A stretch of DNA of 29,229 bases, taken from positions 1-29,229 of the IMG/VR virus record IMGVR_UViG_3300025759_000484; one strand, written 5' to 3'. The first letter of the stretch is position 1. Every line of letters begins with the position of its first letter. The notes under the pieces are model-generated. The model did no database searches. It was not told the DNA's origin and was given only the letters and a program-made list of their open reading frames with translations. The translations under genes were made by a program, and so were the position numbers. The DNA is from a virus (lineage: Duplodnaviria; Caudoviricetes). Of this stretch, positions 13,535 to 24,296 are shown piece by piece.

Positions 13535-16509
13535 TGGGACGCTCACACACACTCCAAACAAACTTCACAGCAGGCGAGCTTTCGCCGCTGCTGCGCGCTC
13601 GCGAGGACATCCAGAAGTATTTCAACGGCGCGGAGAAGTTGGAGAACTTCATCGTCAAGCCGCAAGGCGGCGCGTTTCGCCGCTCTGGGACGCAGATGAT
13701 CCTTGAAACTAAGGACACTGACATCGTCGGTTGGAACTCAAGTTCTGCAAAAGTGAGATTGGTTGAGTTTGAGTTCTCCACGACTCAGGCATACATCCTT
13801 GAGTTGGGCAACCTCTACGCCCGCGTTTACAAGCAGAGCGGGGTTGTCACGTCCACGAATGAAACCATCAGCGGAGTGACGCAGGCCAATCCTGCTGTTG
13901 TCACTGCGACTGGACACAGCCTGTCCAACGGGGACCATGTCGTAATCAGCGGAATCGTCGGGATGACGGAACTCAACGGGCGCAGGTTTGAGGTTGCTAA
14001 CAAAACGACTAACACCTTTGAGCTTCTTGGTGAAGATTCGACTAGCCACACCGCCTACTCGTCTGGTGGAGACGCGGACCTTGTCTACGAATTCACAACC
14101 CCTTGGGCGACTGCCGATCTTGACGACCTGTATTTCACTCAGAGTGCGGATGTTCTCTATGTTGCACACCCAGATTACGAGCCGAGGAAGATCACGCGAA
14201 CCGCCGACACCACATGGACAGTGTCTACATTCGATGGCGAAAAGGGGCCGTATCTCAGCATTAACTCTGGGGACACGTCGTTTAGGCTTGCCACACTTTT
14301 GACAGTGAGCGGGATTACTCAAGCCAATCCTGCGGTTGTCACAACTTCGTCCGCACACGGCCTTGAAACTGGAGACATCGTCAGGTTATACGATGTCGGC
14401 GGCATGACAGAGGTAAATGACGCAGGCTATACGATCACTGTTGTCTCAACCACCACGTTTTCACTGGACGGCATTGACTCCACTGGCTATACCGCATACA
14501 CCTCTGGAGGAACTGCTGACGTGGGCAAGGTGTCGGATACTGCCACGGTTACTAGCAACAATGACATTTTCGTCTCTGGGGACGTTGACAAATATATTGA
14601 GTATTCTAACGGAAATGGAGTGTGGGAACTCGGAAGAATTACAGAATACACAAGCGGAACTGAAGTAACAATTGAGCCGCAGAAAGTGTATGAGCAGCCA
14701 GCGGGAACTTATTATTACATAGGTTATGATGGGGGAGTTGGAGGACCGCGTTTGTTGTCGCCATACTCTAACGTTTTTGACTATGATGACGTTGGGCGGC
14801 ACGCCAGAGCAAATGATATTTCGTCTTCATCAACAGGGTGGTGGAGAATTGACCTTTTAAAAGAAGACGATTCATCATCAACGCGGGCAGGCGGAGTAAC
14901 TGCGATTACTCTTGCGTCTGGCTACACTATTGGAGAAGACCGATGCACGATTTCCAATAGGAGCATTACTGCAACTCTTATTGCGTCATCTGGGACATTC
15001 GCCAGCACAGACGTTGGACGCTGGGTCAGAATGCAATACGGAATTGATTGGGTGGATTGCAAAATCACTGCATACACCGACTCAACGCACGTTACTGTTT
15101 CAATTTCGGAAGACACAGAAATCCCGAAAGATCCAGAAAACAACACCAAGCTTCTCAACGATGGGGAAACTGTGTTTTGGCGGCTTGGTGCATGGTCTGA
15201 CACCACTGGTTGGCCTTCTGTTGTTTCTTTTCATCAGCAGCGTCTGTGGTTTGCCAGCACCAACGACAACCCTGACACCCTGTGGAGTAGCAAAGTAGAC
15301 GACTACGCCAACTTCCAGCCAACCGATCCAGACGGGACAGTGTTGGACGACTCCGCGATTACCGTCACAATCGCGAGCAACCAGGTAAACGCCATCAAGT
15401 GGGTAGAAAGCGGCCCGGTCCTTCTGATCGGGACACTGAGCGGGGAGTATCAGATGCGTGCGGCGAGCACGATCAATGAGCCGCTGACTCCGAGCAACGT
15501 TGATGTCAAGACGCAGACAAGCAATGGAACACTGGCAAGCCACATGCCCCAGCGCGTTGGTTCGGCTGTGCTGTTCATCCAGCGGGCGGGGCGTGAGGTG
15601 CATGACATGCGCTACTCGTTTGAGGCCGACAGCTTTGTGAGCCGTGACCTAAACATCACGTCGGAGCACATTCTTCGCGATCAAACGCAGGCAAACAGAC
15701 TGCGTTACCAGAAGAACCCCAATTCCGTAGTGTGGGTACTCACTGAGACTGGCGACCTTATCACCCTGACCTACGAGGCAGACCAGGATATCTATGCGTG
15801 GTCAAGGCAGAAGATTGGCGGGACTGGGGTAGTTGAGTCTATCGCGTCCATCCCGTCGTCCGCAGGGACTGAAGATGAGATTTGGATGGTGGTGAAGCGC
15901 ACCATCAACACGAAGACAGTTCGCTACATTGAGAAGTTGCTGCCCGACTTCAATCCTGCGTCCGCCACTGACAAGGACGAGATGAAGTTTGTGGACTCCA
16001 TGCTGTCGGGCTCGGCAACATCCACTACGGTTCGCGGGCTTAACCACCTTGAAGGTGAGTCCTTGCAGGTCTTGGTTGACGGGGAGTATGTGGGCGACAA
16101 AACCGTGTCGTCCGGGGCAATCACGCTGGATGACACAGGGACGACTGTTATTGCAGGTTTGCAATTTATCAGTAAGGTTAAGAGTATGCCACTTGCGCCA
16201 CGCGGCGACTGGGGAAGTTCTGGCGGGAGCGTGAAGAGAGTCCCAAAGGGATACATACACGTTCTTAACAGTCTTGGGCATCGTTACGGGGCAAGCGAGT
16301 CGGACCTAATTCAGCACGACTACCGGGAAGAAGATGATGACATGGATCAGGCTCCAAACCTCTTCACGGGGTGGAAAGAGTTTAACATTTATGGCGACGA
16401 CGATTTGGACAACGACCTAGATTATGAGGGTCAGGTTTGGATTCAGCAGCAGCAGCCTCACCCGCTGAACATACTTGCGATGGTCTTGGTGGTGGAGAAT
16501 TCGGAATGA
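13534..16509 (+). CDS. Tail tubular protein B / nozzle (T7 gp12-like) with two E1-FCCH-like inserts
   Basis: QTNFTAGELSP, QSADVLYVAHP, GWPSVVSFHQQRLWFA, LFIQRAG, GLNHLEG motifs. Confidence 0.92.
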   Translation: MGRSHTLQTNFTAGELSPLLRAREDIQKYFNGAEKLENFIVKPQGGAFRRSGTQMILETKDTDIVGWNSSSAKVRLVEFEFSTTQAYILELGNLYARVYKQSGVVTSTNETISGVTQANPAVVTATGHSLSNGDHVVISGIVGMTELNGRRFEVANKTTNTFELLGEDSTSHTAYSSGGDADLVYEFTTPWATADLDDLYFTQSADVLYVAHPDYEPRKITRTADTTWTVSTFDGEKGPYLSINSGDTSFRLATLLTVSGITQANPAVVTTSSAHGLETGDIVRLYDVGGMTEVNDAGYTITVVSTTTFSLDGIDSTGYTAYTSGGTADVGKVSDTATVTSNNDIFVSGDVDKYIEYSNGNGVWELGRITEYTSGTEVTIEPQKVYEQPAGTYYYIGYDGGVGGPRLLSPYSNVFDYDDVGRHARANDISSSSTGWWRIDLLKEDDSSSTRAGGVTAITLASGYTIGEDRCTISNRSITATLIASSGTFASTDVGRWVRMQYGIDWVDCKITAYTDSTHVTVSISEDTEIPKDPENNTKLLNDGETVFWRLGAWSDTTGWPSVVSFHQQRLWFASTNDNPDTLWSSKVDDYANFQPTDPDGTVLDDSAITVTIASNQVNAIKWVESGPVLLIGTLSGEYQMRAASTINEPLTPSNVDVKTQTSNGTLASHMPQRVGSAVLFIQRAGREVHDMRYSFEADSFVSRDLNITSEHILRDQTQANRLRYQKNPNSVVWVLTETGDLITLTYEADQDIYAWSRQKIGGTGVVESIASIPSSAGTEDEIWMVVKRTINTKTVRYIEKLLPDFNPASATDKDEMKFVDSMLSGSATSTTVRGLNHLEGESLQVLVDGEYVGDKTVSSGAITLDDTGTTVIAGLQFISKVKSMPLAPRGDWGSSGGSVKRVPKGYIHVLNSLGHRYGASESDLIQHDYREEDDDMDQAPNLFTGWKEFNIYGDDDLDNDLDYEGQVWIQQQQPHPLNILAMVLVVENSE

Positions 16510-16925
16510 TAACGCTTGAGGCATTGACAACTCAGCATGTGCGGGACTGCTTTCGGAGCGGATTGCTCTTGAAGGAGATTGCCGACAGGCTCGTTGTCAT
16601 CCCCCCCGGCAAACACGCCGCCCTGCGCAACGGATCGATGCTGGCTATCGGCGGCATCACGCAGGTATGGACAGGGGTTGGCATTGCTTGGCTAACAGTG
16701 TTTCCGGCTGCGAAGAAGCACCCTCACGCGCTGATGAATGCCGCCTTTGAGATGCTGCACAATGCAGCCGAGGATCTGCGACTACATCGAGTCCACGCCG
16801 AAATCAATGCAAGCGACAAGAAGGCCAAACGGGTGGCGAAGATGCTTGGCTTTGACTACGAATCGACACTAAAGAAATACGGTCCCGACGCGACCGATTA
16901 CCACATGATGACATGGCAGCTTTAG
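16506..16925 (+). CDS. GNAT-fold / T7 gp13-like protein
   Basis: ATGA overlap with the nozzle stop; AIGGI..VW.GVG.AW, LHRVHA, LGFDYES.LKKYGPD..DY motifs. Confidence 0.8.
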   Translation: MITLEALTTQHVRDCFRSGLLLKEIADRLVVIPPGKHAALRNGSMLAIGGITQVWTGVGIAWLTVFPAAKKHPHALMNAAFEMLHNAAEDLRLHRVHAEINASDKKAKRVAKMLGFDYESTLKKYGPDATDYHMMTWQL

Positions 16926-17485
16926 GTGCATTAGGGGTAGCGGCGATAGCAGCCTCTACAGTATCAACCGGGCTTGGAGTCTATTCTGCCGTGCAGTCTG
17001 GGGCTGCACAGAAGGACGCCGCCGAGTTCAACGCTGCCGTTGCGCGCAATGATGCCATCGCGGCGCAGCAGCAGGCCGCGTCTGAGTCCCGCCAGTTGTC
17101 ACGGCGGAACAGATTGCGTGCCGCCACTAGGCGGGCACGCTTCGCGGCTAGTGGGATCGAGTTGTCCGGTTCTGCCGAGGATGTGATGTTTGACTCTGCG
17201 GTCCAGGATGAGCTTGACCGTCAGAACGCCATCTATCGCGGGGAGCTTCGCGCAAGACGTTCCAAGGCCGAGGCTGGATTGCAGGAGGCGATGGGGCGCA
17301 ACGCAGTGACATCGTCCTACCTAAACGCGGCCGGGACATTTTTCGGCGGCGTCAGCCAGGGGTTGAGCATCGCTTCAAATCCAAGCTTTCGTAGAAGTGG
17401 TGGATCTTCGCGAGGCGCAGCAAGCGCGGGCGGGTCATATGTAACTCCCGGAGTAAGTCAATCACAATATTGGGCCTCACCATAA
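16913..17485 (+). CDS. Internal virion / ejection protein (T7 gp14-like)
   Basis: Hydrophobic Ala/Gly N-terminus, A.FNA, RA.FAASG...SGSA.DV motif; conserved gene position. Confidence 0.8.
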   Translation: MAALGALGVAAIAASTVSTGLGVYSAVQSGAAQKDAAEFNAAVARNDAIAAQQQAASESRQLSRRNRLRAATRRARFAASGIELSGSAEDVMFDSAVQDELDRQNAIYRGELRARRSKAEAGLQEAMGRNAVTSSYLNAAGTFFGGVSQGLSIASNPSFRRSGGSSRGAASAGGSYVTPGVSQSQYWASP

Positions 17486-17486
17486 T

Positions 17487-19757
17487 ATGCCACCCGTAAG
17501 AACATCCACAGCAGCCCCGCTTCAGGTGGCTGGATCAACAGGGCCGAGGGCGTCAGCAGCGTCATTCGCTCCAAGCTTTGCTGGGGCGGCACAGGGGTTG
17601 TCACAGGTTCCTGGTGCGCTGGCTGCGGTTGCGGGTGCGCGTAAGACGCGGGAGCGCGAAGCTGCCATGTTTGCACGGGAGGAGGCAATCCAAGCCAAGC
17701 TTGAGTCGGATGAAGAGAAGGAGAAGGACGACAAGTTCCGATTCAATATGGCCCTGATTGAGGCGTCCCAGAAGATGGGCGTCTACATGGCGGAGAACCC
17801 CAATGTGGGAGTCGCTGAATTCACTGACGAGTTTGAGAACACCGTCAAGATGCACAGCGACACCCTTGGTGAGATGTCGAATGACTTTAAGGTCAACATG
17901 GGCAGGATTTACGCCCAGAAGATTCCGGTCATCGCCTCTGCTGCCAGAGGTCGCAAGATCGGTGAGATCATTACGACAGCCGAGAAAACTCTCTCAAAAG
18001 TCGCCATCACGAAGGACTTGGACTCCCTTCGCGAGGCATACTACGGGCTTGGGCCAGCATACGCCGAAAGCCTTCGGACATTTGGCTCAGAGGTCGAGCG
18101 TTCCAACATGGAAAAGTATGAGTATAACGCTGTGATGACCGCAGTCTCGGACTTCCCCGAGGAGGCGTCATATATGCTGAAGGACAGCAAGTATCTCCCC
18201 GCAAACCGGGTTGAGGAACTTGAGGCAGCCATTGGCCGCAGCATTCAGAAAAACAACCAGATTGACGCGGCAGCGTTGGCCGAGAACATCGAGGACGACC
18301 TTGCGCGGGCATGGGATGGTGAGCCTTCAGGCAAGATGGTTGTCACAATGGACATGGTTGGCGGGGACAAGGACAAGTATGCTGCCTATGATAAGGAGCG
18401 AGAGCGTTATGCGGCTGCGGGGCACATGCTCCGTATGGCAAAAAACTCCCCGGCAGAACTCGCCAAGATTGTAGAGAAGGCGGGGGACACCCTCGACAAG
18501 GAGAACGAGGTTGCCAAGATTGCCGCACAAGGGGTGGAGGACAGCCGCATTGGTGCAGTCGGGCTGTTAGACTCGTTCCAGAAGGAGCCGTTGCGATACA
18601 TCTTTGACACGGCAGACGAATTGCGTGCTGAGATAATCGAGCTTGAGGGCTTGATGGAGCAATACAAGGTTGCCTCGGACGAAGCGAAGCCTGCGATCAA
18701 CGCGCAGATGCACAGCACCTACCAGGACCTGGATGGCAGGCTGATTCACATGCAGCGCGAGCTTGGGGTTGCGGACGACGACATCAAGCTGCTCCTTGAC
18801 TCCGAGGCCAAGCAGTCCATCGCAGCCCTGAACTCGATGAAACCACGGGACGGACTGAACGAGTTGCTCAACATAGAGTTCCGGCACGGAGACAAGTATT
18901 GGCCCCGTGTGTTCAACCAGTTGGTTGACGAGGGAATGTCTTCGGGAATGTTCATGGCTTACAACTACAAGGATTCCCACGGAATCCGCGAGACGGTCAT
19001 GGAAGCTATCAGCAATGAAAAGGGATTTGAGCAAAACGACCGTGCCAAGGTGAGGGAGAAAGTTGACAACGACCCGGAACTTGCCGCCTTTGCTCATGTA
19101 ATGGCCGGTGGTAGCGCGCACTTGAAAAGCGGGATTCTTAGTTTTGTGGAAAGTTTCGCCCTGCAACTCAACAGCAACAATCCCAGCATCACCCATTCCG
19201 AAGCGGTTGAGTTGGCTAACCAGTATCTTGTCGATGATCACGCCATCGTTGCCGAGGTGGACGCAAATGATCAGGAGCCCATCCTTGTGTTCAGGGATCA
19301 GCGAAACGCCGAAGGCAAGCGCACGGACGACGAGATCGACAACGTCATTGAATTCCTCGACATTGCAACATCGGTCCTTGACCATTCCGTAGTGGACGCG
19401 GCAGGGATTGCGCCGGGACTGCCTGAGCAAAGGCTCAGGGAAGACACGCTTGCCGGATCAGTAAGCATCAAGGGCACCTCCCAGATGGAGGCGGTTGAGG
19501 CATTCCTGAACGGTGTCGAAAACTACCGCTGGGAGTCTGACGGCCACGGGGTGTATCTCCGGTTGGAAGAACTCCGTGGCGGTGACTCATTCCACTTGCG
19601 CGACAAGAAAGGTAAGAAGCTTTACATCGACTTTGACAATCCATTTGGCGGAGGGAAGACCAATTGGCCCACCACCGGCAAGCATAAGGCTGATATAGAC
19701 AACATTCGCCGGCCATCAATTCCGCTTCCGGGCGTTGACAACGTCCCGTTCTACTGA
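17487..19757 (+). CDS. Internal virion / ejection protein (gp15-like position)
   Basis: 756 aa, helical, MP-start with an Ala/Gly-rich N-terminus; synteny. Confidence 0.7.
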   Translation: MPPVRTSTAAPLQVAGSTGPRASAASFAPSFAGAAQGLSQVPGALAAVAGARKTREREAAMFAREEAIQAKLESDEEKEKDDKFRFNMALIEASQKMGVYMAENPNVGVAEFTDEFENTVKMHSDTLGEMSNDFKVNMGRIYAQKIPVIASAARGRKIGEIITTAEKTLSKVAITKDLDSLREAYYGLGPAYAESLRTFGSEVERSNMEKYEYNAVMTAVSDFPEEASYMLKDSKYLPANRVEELEAAIGRSIQKNNQIDAAALAENIEDDLARAWDGEPSGKMVVTMDMVGGDKDKYAAYDKERERYAAAGHMLRMAKNSPAELAKIVEKAGDTLDKENEVAKIAAQGVEDSRIGAVGLLDSFQKEPLRYIFDTADELRAEIIELEGLMEQYKVASDEAKPAINAQMHSTYQDLDGRLIHMQRELGVADDDIKLLLDSEAKQSIAALNSMKPRDGLNELLNIEFRHGDKYWPRVFNQLVDEGMSSGMFMAYNYKDSHGIRETVMEAISNEKGFEQNDRAKVREKVDNDPELAAFAHVMAGGSAHLKSGILSFVESFALQLNSNNPSITHSEAVELANQYLVDDHAIVAEVDANDQEPILVFRDQRNAEGKRTDDEIDNVIEFLDIATSVLDHSVVDAAGIAPGLPEQRLREDTLAGSVSIKGTSQMEAVEAFLNGVENYRWESDGHGVYLRLEELRGGDSFHLRDKKGKKLYIDFDNPFGGGKTNWPTTGKHKADIDNIRRPSIPLPGVDNVPFY

Positions 19758-21667
19758 TGATCACCTATAAACCATACTCCCGCAGGGATGTGGGGCAGGT
19801 AAGGGAGATCAACGATCTCCCTCTTTCCAGCGTGTTTAACGCTGCTGTTGGGTATGGGCGTGAGTTCCTCCAAGCGCAGAACGCAGTCCAGCGCATGGTT
19901 GAGATGGGAGTCGCCAGCGGCAATGTTCTCTCTCCTGACGAAGCCAACGAGAGATACAGTATGCCGGGGCTAGAGTTCAATGAGCCGGTTTTGGAAGGTC
20001 AGGCTCAACTCATGCGTAGGCGGAAGGAGTTGGAGAACGCCCGCATGTTCTACCTCCAGAATGCGAAAGGCTTCACTGGCATGTCGGCTGCCTTTGCGGG
20101 GCAAGTCATCGGGAGCCAGATGTCGTTCACAGACTTTGGTCTCAACTTTGTCCCTATCGTAGGGCAGGCCAAATACAGGCGCATGGCAGGCATCGCCTCG
20201 CGCACCAAGCGCGGGGCTAAGACAATCCGCATGGGCGGGGGACTTGGTCGCCCGGTCGTCCGAGTAAAGAACTCTCCGCTCATCGCCCAACGCGACCGCC
20301 TTTCGCTCGAGGAGGGTAGGTCCGTCATCGCCAGGGTGGTCGGCGGAGCAGTCGATGCTTCGGTTGGCAGCCTGATTGCGGAAATCCCAATATACATAGC
20401 CAACAGGCAGCAGCAGGCAGAATACGGATTCAACGACATCCTTATCGGTGTCGCTGGATCGGCCATAGTCGGCGGCGGGTTGCGTGGAGCTGGCATCGTG
20501 TTTGAGAGGCTGACGGCCCCCACCAAGAGGGAGATGGCTGCCGTTGCGCATGACCAGTTCCTGAACGACGTAGACGTTGACGTTGCCGGTATCGCCAAAC
20601 TTGACCGTGGCGTTATCGCCGGGGAGATACTGGCTGACGAGGCACGCAGGATGCGCGACATGGCCGAGATCCGCAGGCTTGCCAAGAAGGCGGTCGATGA
20701 TCAGGAGGCTGAAATCTATGCTGCGGTAGGTGGTGAAGGGCGTTGGTATAATGACATTTTAAGGTCGGAAGCTTACGAAGCCCGCCTTGGAGCCAAGGAT
20801 GCGGTCGAGGCTCGCAAGGCGAAGATTGCAGCCAAGGTCAGGGCGCGAGTAGAGGCGATTGGCGTCCTTGGTCGCGTCACCAGGGAGCAGGCAATCCAGA
20901 TAGGCGAGTCTGCGGCAAAGCGCGGAGGCAAAGGGCAGCAGGCAAAAACACTCAAGGCTTTGCTGGAGAGAGCCAAGGGCGGAGATGTGTCGGCAGCCGA
21001 CAACATTGCCCGCATGTTTTTCCTTGAGCTTGACGAGACATCCAGGAACATCCCAAGCTTGTTCAAGACTGGGGAGGTTTCCCCGAAGTTCACTCCGGCT
21101 CAACTCAAAGCAATTGACGAAATCGTTGACCTCCTCCCAGACCGGACCAAGAAGATGATGCAACGCATCTCTGCTGACCGTCTGGACTTTGACTCACGGA
21201 TTGAGGCAGGCATCCAAGCGAAAGCCGACAGGATTGAGCGGGCGGAATACAAGAGACGCATTGCTGACCTGAAGAGGCAGGATGCTGGCAAGAAAAGCAG
21301 ATTTAAGAAGCGGGTTGAGAAGGAACGGCTCAAGCGTTACAAGGCTGAGGTCCGCAGACTCCAGACCGAGTATGATGCCCGCACCCAGCAGTTGATTGAG
21401 GACACCTACCAGAATAGGTTGCGTGAACTCATAGATGAGCGCGGGCTCTCCAAGAGCGAACCGGGCCAGGAGCCCATCCCGAGGGAGTCCGATGCGGGCG
21501 AGGGCGGAATGGATACGACGTTCCACCAGCAGGACGCGACAGAGATTGAGGCGACCATCAAGCGGGACGGGGAACTTACGGCATCTGAGCAGGCTTACCT
21601 TGACAACTCCTTTGACTACGAGCCGAAGGCAATCGAGGAAGGATTGCTCTGCATGAGGAAAGGATGA
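19757..21667 (+). CDS. Internal virion / ejection protein
   Basis: LSPDEANERY, Gly-rich hydrophobic segments, long K/R-rich coiled-coil region; TGATG coupling. Confidence 0.65.
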   Translation: MITYKPYSRRDVGQVREINDLPLSSVFNAAVGYGREFLQAQNAVQRMVEMGVASGNVLSPDEANERYSMPGLEFNEPVLEGQAQLMRRRKELENARMFYLQNAKGFTGMSAAFAGQVIGSQMSFTDFGLNFVPIVGQAKYRRMAGIASRTKRGAKTIRMGGGLGRPVVRVKNSPLIAQRDRLSLEEGRSVIARVVGGAVDASVGSLIAEIPIYIANRQQQAEYGFNDILIGVAGSAIVGGGLRGAGIVFERLTAPTKREMAAVAHDQFLNDVDVDVAGIAKLDRGVIAGEILADEARRMRDMAEIRRLAKKAVDDQEAEIYAAVGGEGRWYNDILRSEAYEARLGAKDAVEARKAKIAAKVRARVEAIGVLGRVTREQAIQIGESAAKRGGKGQQAKTLKALLERAKGGDVSAADNIARMFFLELDETSRNIPSLFKTGEVSPKFTPAQLKAIDEIVDLLPDRTKKMMQRISADRLDFDSRIEAGIQAKADRIERAEYKRRIADLKRQDAGKKSRFKKRVEKERLKRYKAEVRRLQTEYDARTQQLIEDTYQNRLRELIDERGLSKSEPGQEPIPRESDAGEGGMDTTFHQQDATEIEATIKRDGELTASEQAYLDNSFDYEPKAIEEGLLCMRKG

Positions 21668-21668
21668 C

Positions 21669-24296
21669 ATGCCAAAAAACCGTTGCATAGACAGGGTCGT
21701 AAAAGCCTCTGGTGACAAGAAGATCACCAAGCAGCAGGCCGAGGAAATCCTTCGTGAGATTGAAGCTCAGATCCACAAGCGCGAAGGCGTGGAGCCGAAG
21801 TTTGCCTCGCTGGAAGCTGCTCAGGCGGCAATGAACGATGTCATTGACAAGCTTGAAGCCAAGAAGGTCATCGACAAACGCCGCAGGTTGAAGGCGATTG
21901 CCTCCGACCGGGACTTCTTCAGGCGGGCTGAAGGGTTTGAGAACAAGGCTGACGCCCTATTGTCGTCCATCGGCAAGTTTGGGAGGACAGAGGCAGACGT
22001 TCAGGGAGGCAGGAACTCTGTCGAGGGGCACTTCGTTGCCTTAACTGCTGCTTACCAAGGCAGGCTTGAGGCGAGGCTTCACAAAAAGGGGCTTTGGGCA
22101 GACTTCAAGAGCAACAGGCTGGAGCGCGAGATAGCCAACGAGATGCAGCAACTCTCCATGGGGGAGAAGGGCAACCCGGGCGTATCCGGCAGCAACGCTG
22201 CAAAGAGAATAGCTGCCGAGGTTCACTCCATAATGAGAGACCTTGTCGGCAAGCAGAACGAGAACGGGGCAGACATTAAAATACGAGCCGACTACATCCT
22301 GCCGCAGACGCACGATCACACGGTCATCCGGTCCCTAGGGGGAAAGGAGGCAAGTCAGGGATTGTGGAAGAAGGACATTTTGGAAGGCATTGATTCTGAA
22401 GCAACCTTCAAGGGCGCAGATGAAGACGCCTTCCTGAACTCTGTCCACGAGGATTTTTACAACAACTTCTTTGACAAGGTCCGCGTTGACGAGTTTGCCG
22501 ACGGAAAGGTTGACCGTGTCATCCTTCCGAAGGCTGGGCAGCACGGCAGCCTTGCCAAAAAGCTTGGGGCGGAGCGTGTCCTTCACTTCAAGGACGCGGA
22601 CTCATGGTTCAACTACAACAAGAAGTATGGGAGGCACAAGTTCTTGGCCCAGGCAATCATGGCCGACATCGAGACGCGGGCGCGTAGTATCGCACTGATG
22701 TCTGAGTTCACTCATAATCCCGGCGAGGCTTTTGAGCGAAGGCTTCGCGGGCTCATGGCTCTCGTAAAAGACAAGCCTGATTCAGCAAGGCAGCTTGACG
22801 CCTTCAAGGGGCGCGAAGGCAGGCAGATCGAGGCAGCATGGAACGAGGCGACTGGAGCCAATGCGTCCGAAGGAACCAACACTTTTAACACCTACATGAA
22901 CGGGCTCAAGACGTTGCAGTCCGTGTCAAAGCTTGGTGGGGCGGCTCCAGCCTCCCTGCCTGACTTGTTTACAAGTTCGGCAAAGCTTATGGCAACCATG
23001 TCCGCTGATGGCAGCGGGTGGGGAAAGGGACTTGAGGCGGCCGTCAGGGTCATCAAGGAAGTCCCTTCCGCCTTTAAGGCTGTATTGGGCAAGGGCTCAG
23101 GCGCAGCCTGGGCCCGGGTTAATGGCGTCATGTCTGACTCATTCAGTATGGGAATTGCCGAGCGGTGGGGGTCTACTGTTACCGGGGCGGGTAGGGCAAA
23201 TGAGATGTTCAAGGCTATAACCAATGCCTTCTTCAAGATCAACCTACTTGGGTGGTGGACTGACACTATTCGGGTAGCGGCGCACAACGCCCATGCCGCC
23301 CTGCTTGGTGAGTTCTCAAAGGTTGACTTCAGCAAGCTGCCCGGAGGTATGCGGGCTGACATGGTCGAGGCGGGCATCACGGAACTTGAGTGGGACGCCA
23401 TGCGTCGCACGGCAATGCAAATCAACGAAGATGGGGCGAGGATGGTTGCCGCCGACACCGTTGGAAGCGGCGACTACTCAGCAGTCCTCAAAGAGAGGGG
23501 GCTTACGAACACTCCGGCCAACCTCCAGAAGGTGGCAAACGATGTTGAGTTGAAGACCCGCATCTACATGGACAACCTGCTTGAGCAGTCTGTCCCGACT
23601 CCAGGCATGGAGGAGCGGCTTATCATGAGGGGATACAGGCATACGGACGACTACTTCGCTGGAATGCTTGGAGTCCTGCTTCAGTTCAAGACGCACCCAA
23701 TCACGGTCTACAACAAGATTGTCAGGCGCGCCTACAAGAAGTCGGGTGCAGCAGGGGTAGGAGAATTCCTCGCCAAGGGAGGTAGCGCAAGAAATAACCT
23801 GATGATGATGATAGGGCTGACAACAGTCGCGGGTTACTTGTCTGGAGCAGCTAAAGACATCATGCGCGGCAAGACGCCTAAAGACCCAAAGAATGTTAAG
23901 ACCTGGCTGGACGCCGCCTCAAGGGGCGGCGGGTTAGGCATTTTCGGAGATGTCCTGTTCCGTGAGTATGACAATCACTTGAGCAAGGCTTCATCCGTGT
24001 TTGTTGGCCCAACAGTTGGTGGCTTGGTGGACCCGCTAGCGTCGTCTGTTTCGGCGATTGCCCATGACGGAGACGTCGATGCGGCTCAGGCTTCATTGTA
24101 CAAGGCCGCCAGGGACAACACTCCATTTGCGAACCTGTTCTACATCAAGCCACTGATGGACCAGTTGATCTGGTTCAACATGAATGAGTTCTTCTCGCCG
24201 GGGTGGGAGAAGAGATACAAAGCAAGAATGGATGACGCAGGGCAGGAATTTATAGACTTGCCAGTCGTTGGGGAGTTTGGAAACCCGAGCGAATAA
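21669..24296 (+). CDS. Large internal virion / ejection protein (gp16-like)
   Basis: DYILPQTHD, RVLHFKDADSW..Y...YG, LQFKTHP, GGGLGIFGD, TPFANLFY, SPG...R motifs typical of BPP-1-type ejection proteins. Confidence 0.8.
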   Translation: MPKNRCIDRVVKASGDKKITKQQAEEILREIEAQIHKREGVEPKFASLEAAQAAMNDVIDKLEAKKVIDKRRRLKAIASDRDFFRRAEGFENKADALLSSIGKFGRTEADVQGGRNSVEGHFVALTAAYQGRLEARLHKKGLWADFKSNRLEREIANEMQQLSMGEKGNPGVSGSNAAKRIAAEVHSIMRDLVGKQNENGADIKIRADYILPQTHDHTVIRSLGGKEASQGLWKKDILEGIDSEATFKGADEDAFLNSVHEDFYNNFFDKVRVDEFADGKVDRVILPKAGQHGSLAKKLGAERVLHFKDADSWFNYNKKYGRHKFLAQAIMADIETRARSIALMSEFTHNPGEAFERRLRGLMALVKDKPDSARQLDAFKGREGRQIEAAWNEATGANASEGTNTFNTYMNGLKTLQSVSKLGGAAPASLPDLFTSSAKLMATMSADGSGWGKGLEAAVRVIKEVPSAFKAVLGKGSGAAWARVNGVMSDSFSMGIAERWGSTVTGAGRANEMFKAITNAFFKINLLGWWTDTIRVAAHNAHAALLGEFSKVDFSKLPGGMRADMVEAGITELEWDAMRRTAMQINEDGARMVAADTVGSGDYSAVLKERGLTNTPANLQKVANDVELKTRIYMDNLLEQSVPTPGMEERLIMRGYRHTDDYFAGMLGVLLQFKTHPITVYNKIVRRAYKKSGAAGVGEFLAKGGSARNNLMMMIGLTTVAGYLSGAAKDIMRGKTPKDPKNVKTWLDAASRGGGLGIFGDVLFREYDNHLSKASSVFVGPTVGGLVDPLASSVSAIAHDGDVDAAQASLYKAARDNTPFANLFYIKPLMDQLIWFNMNEFFSPGWEKRYKARMDDAGQEFIDLPVVGEFGNPSE

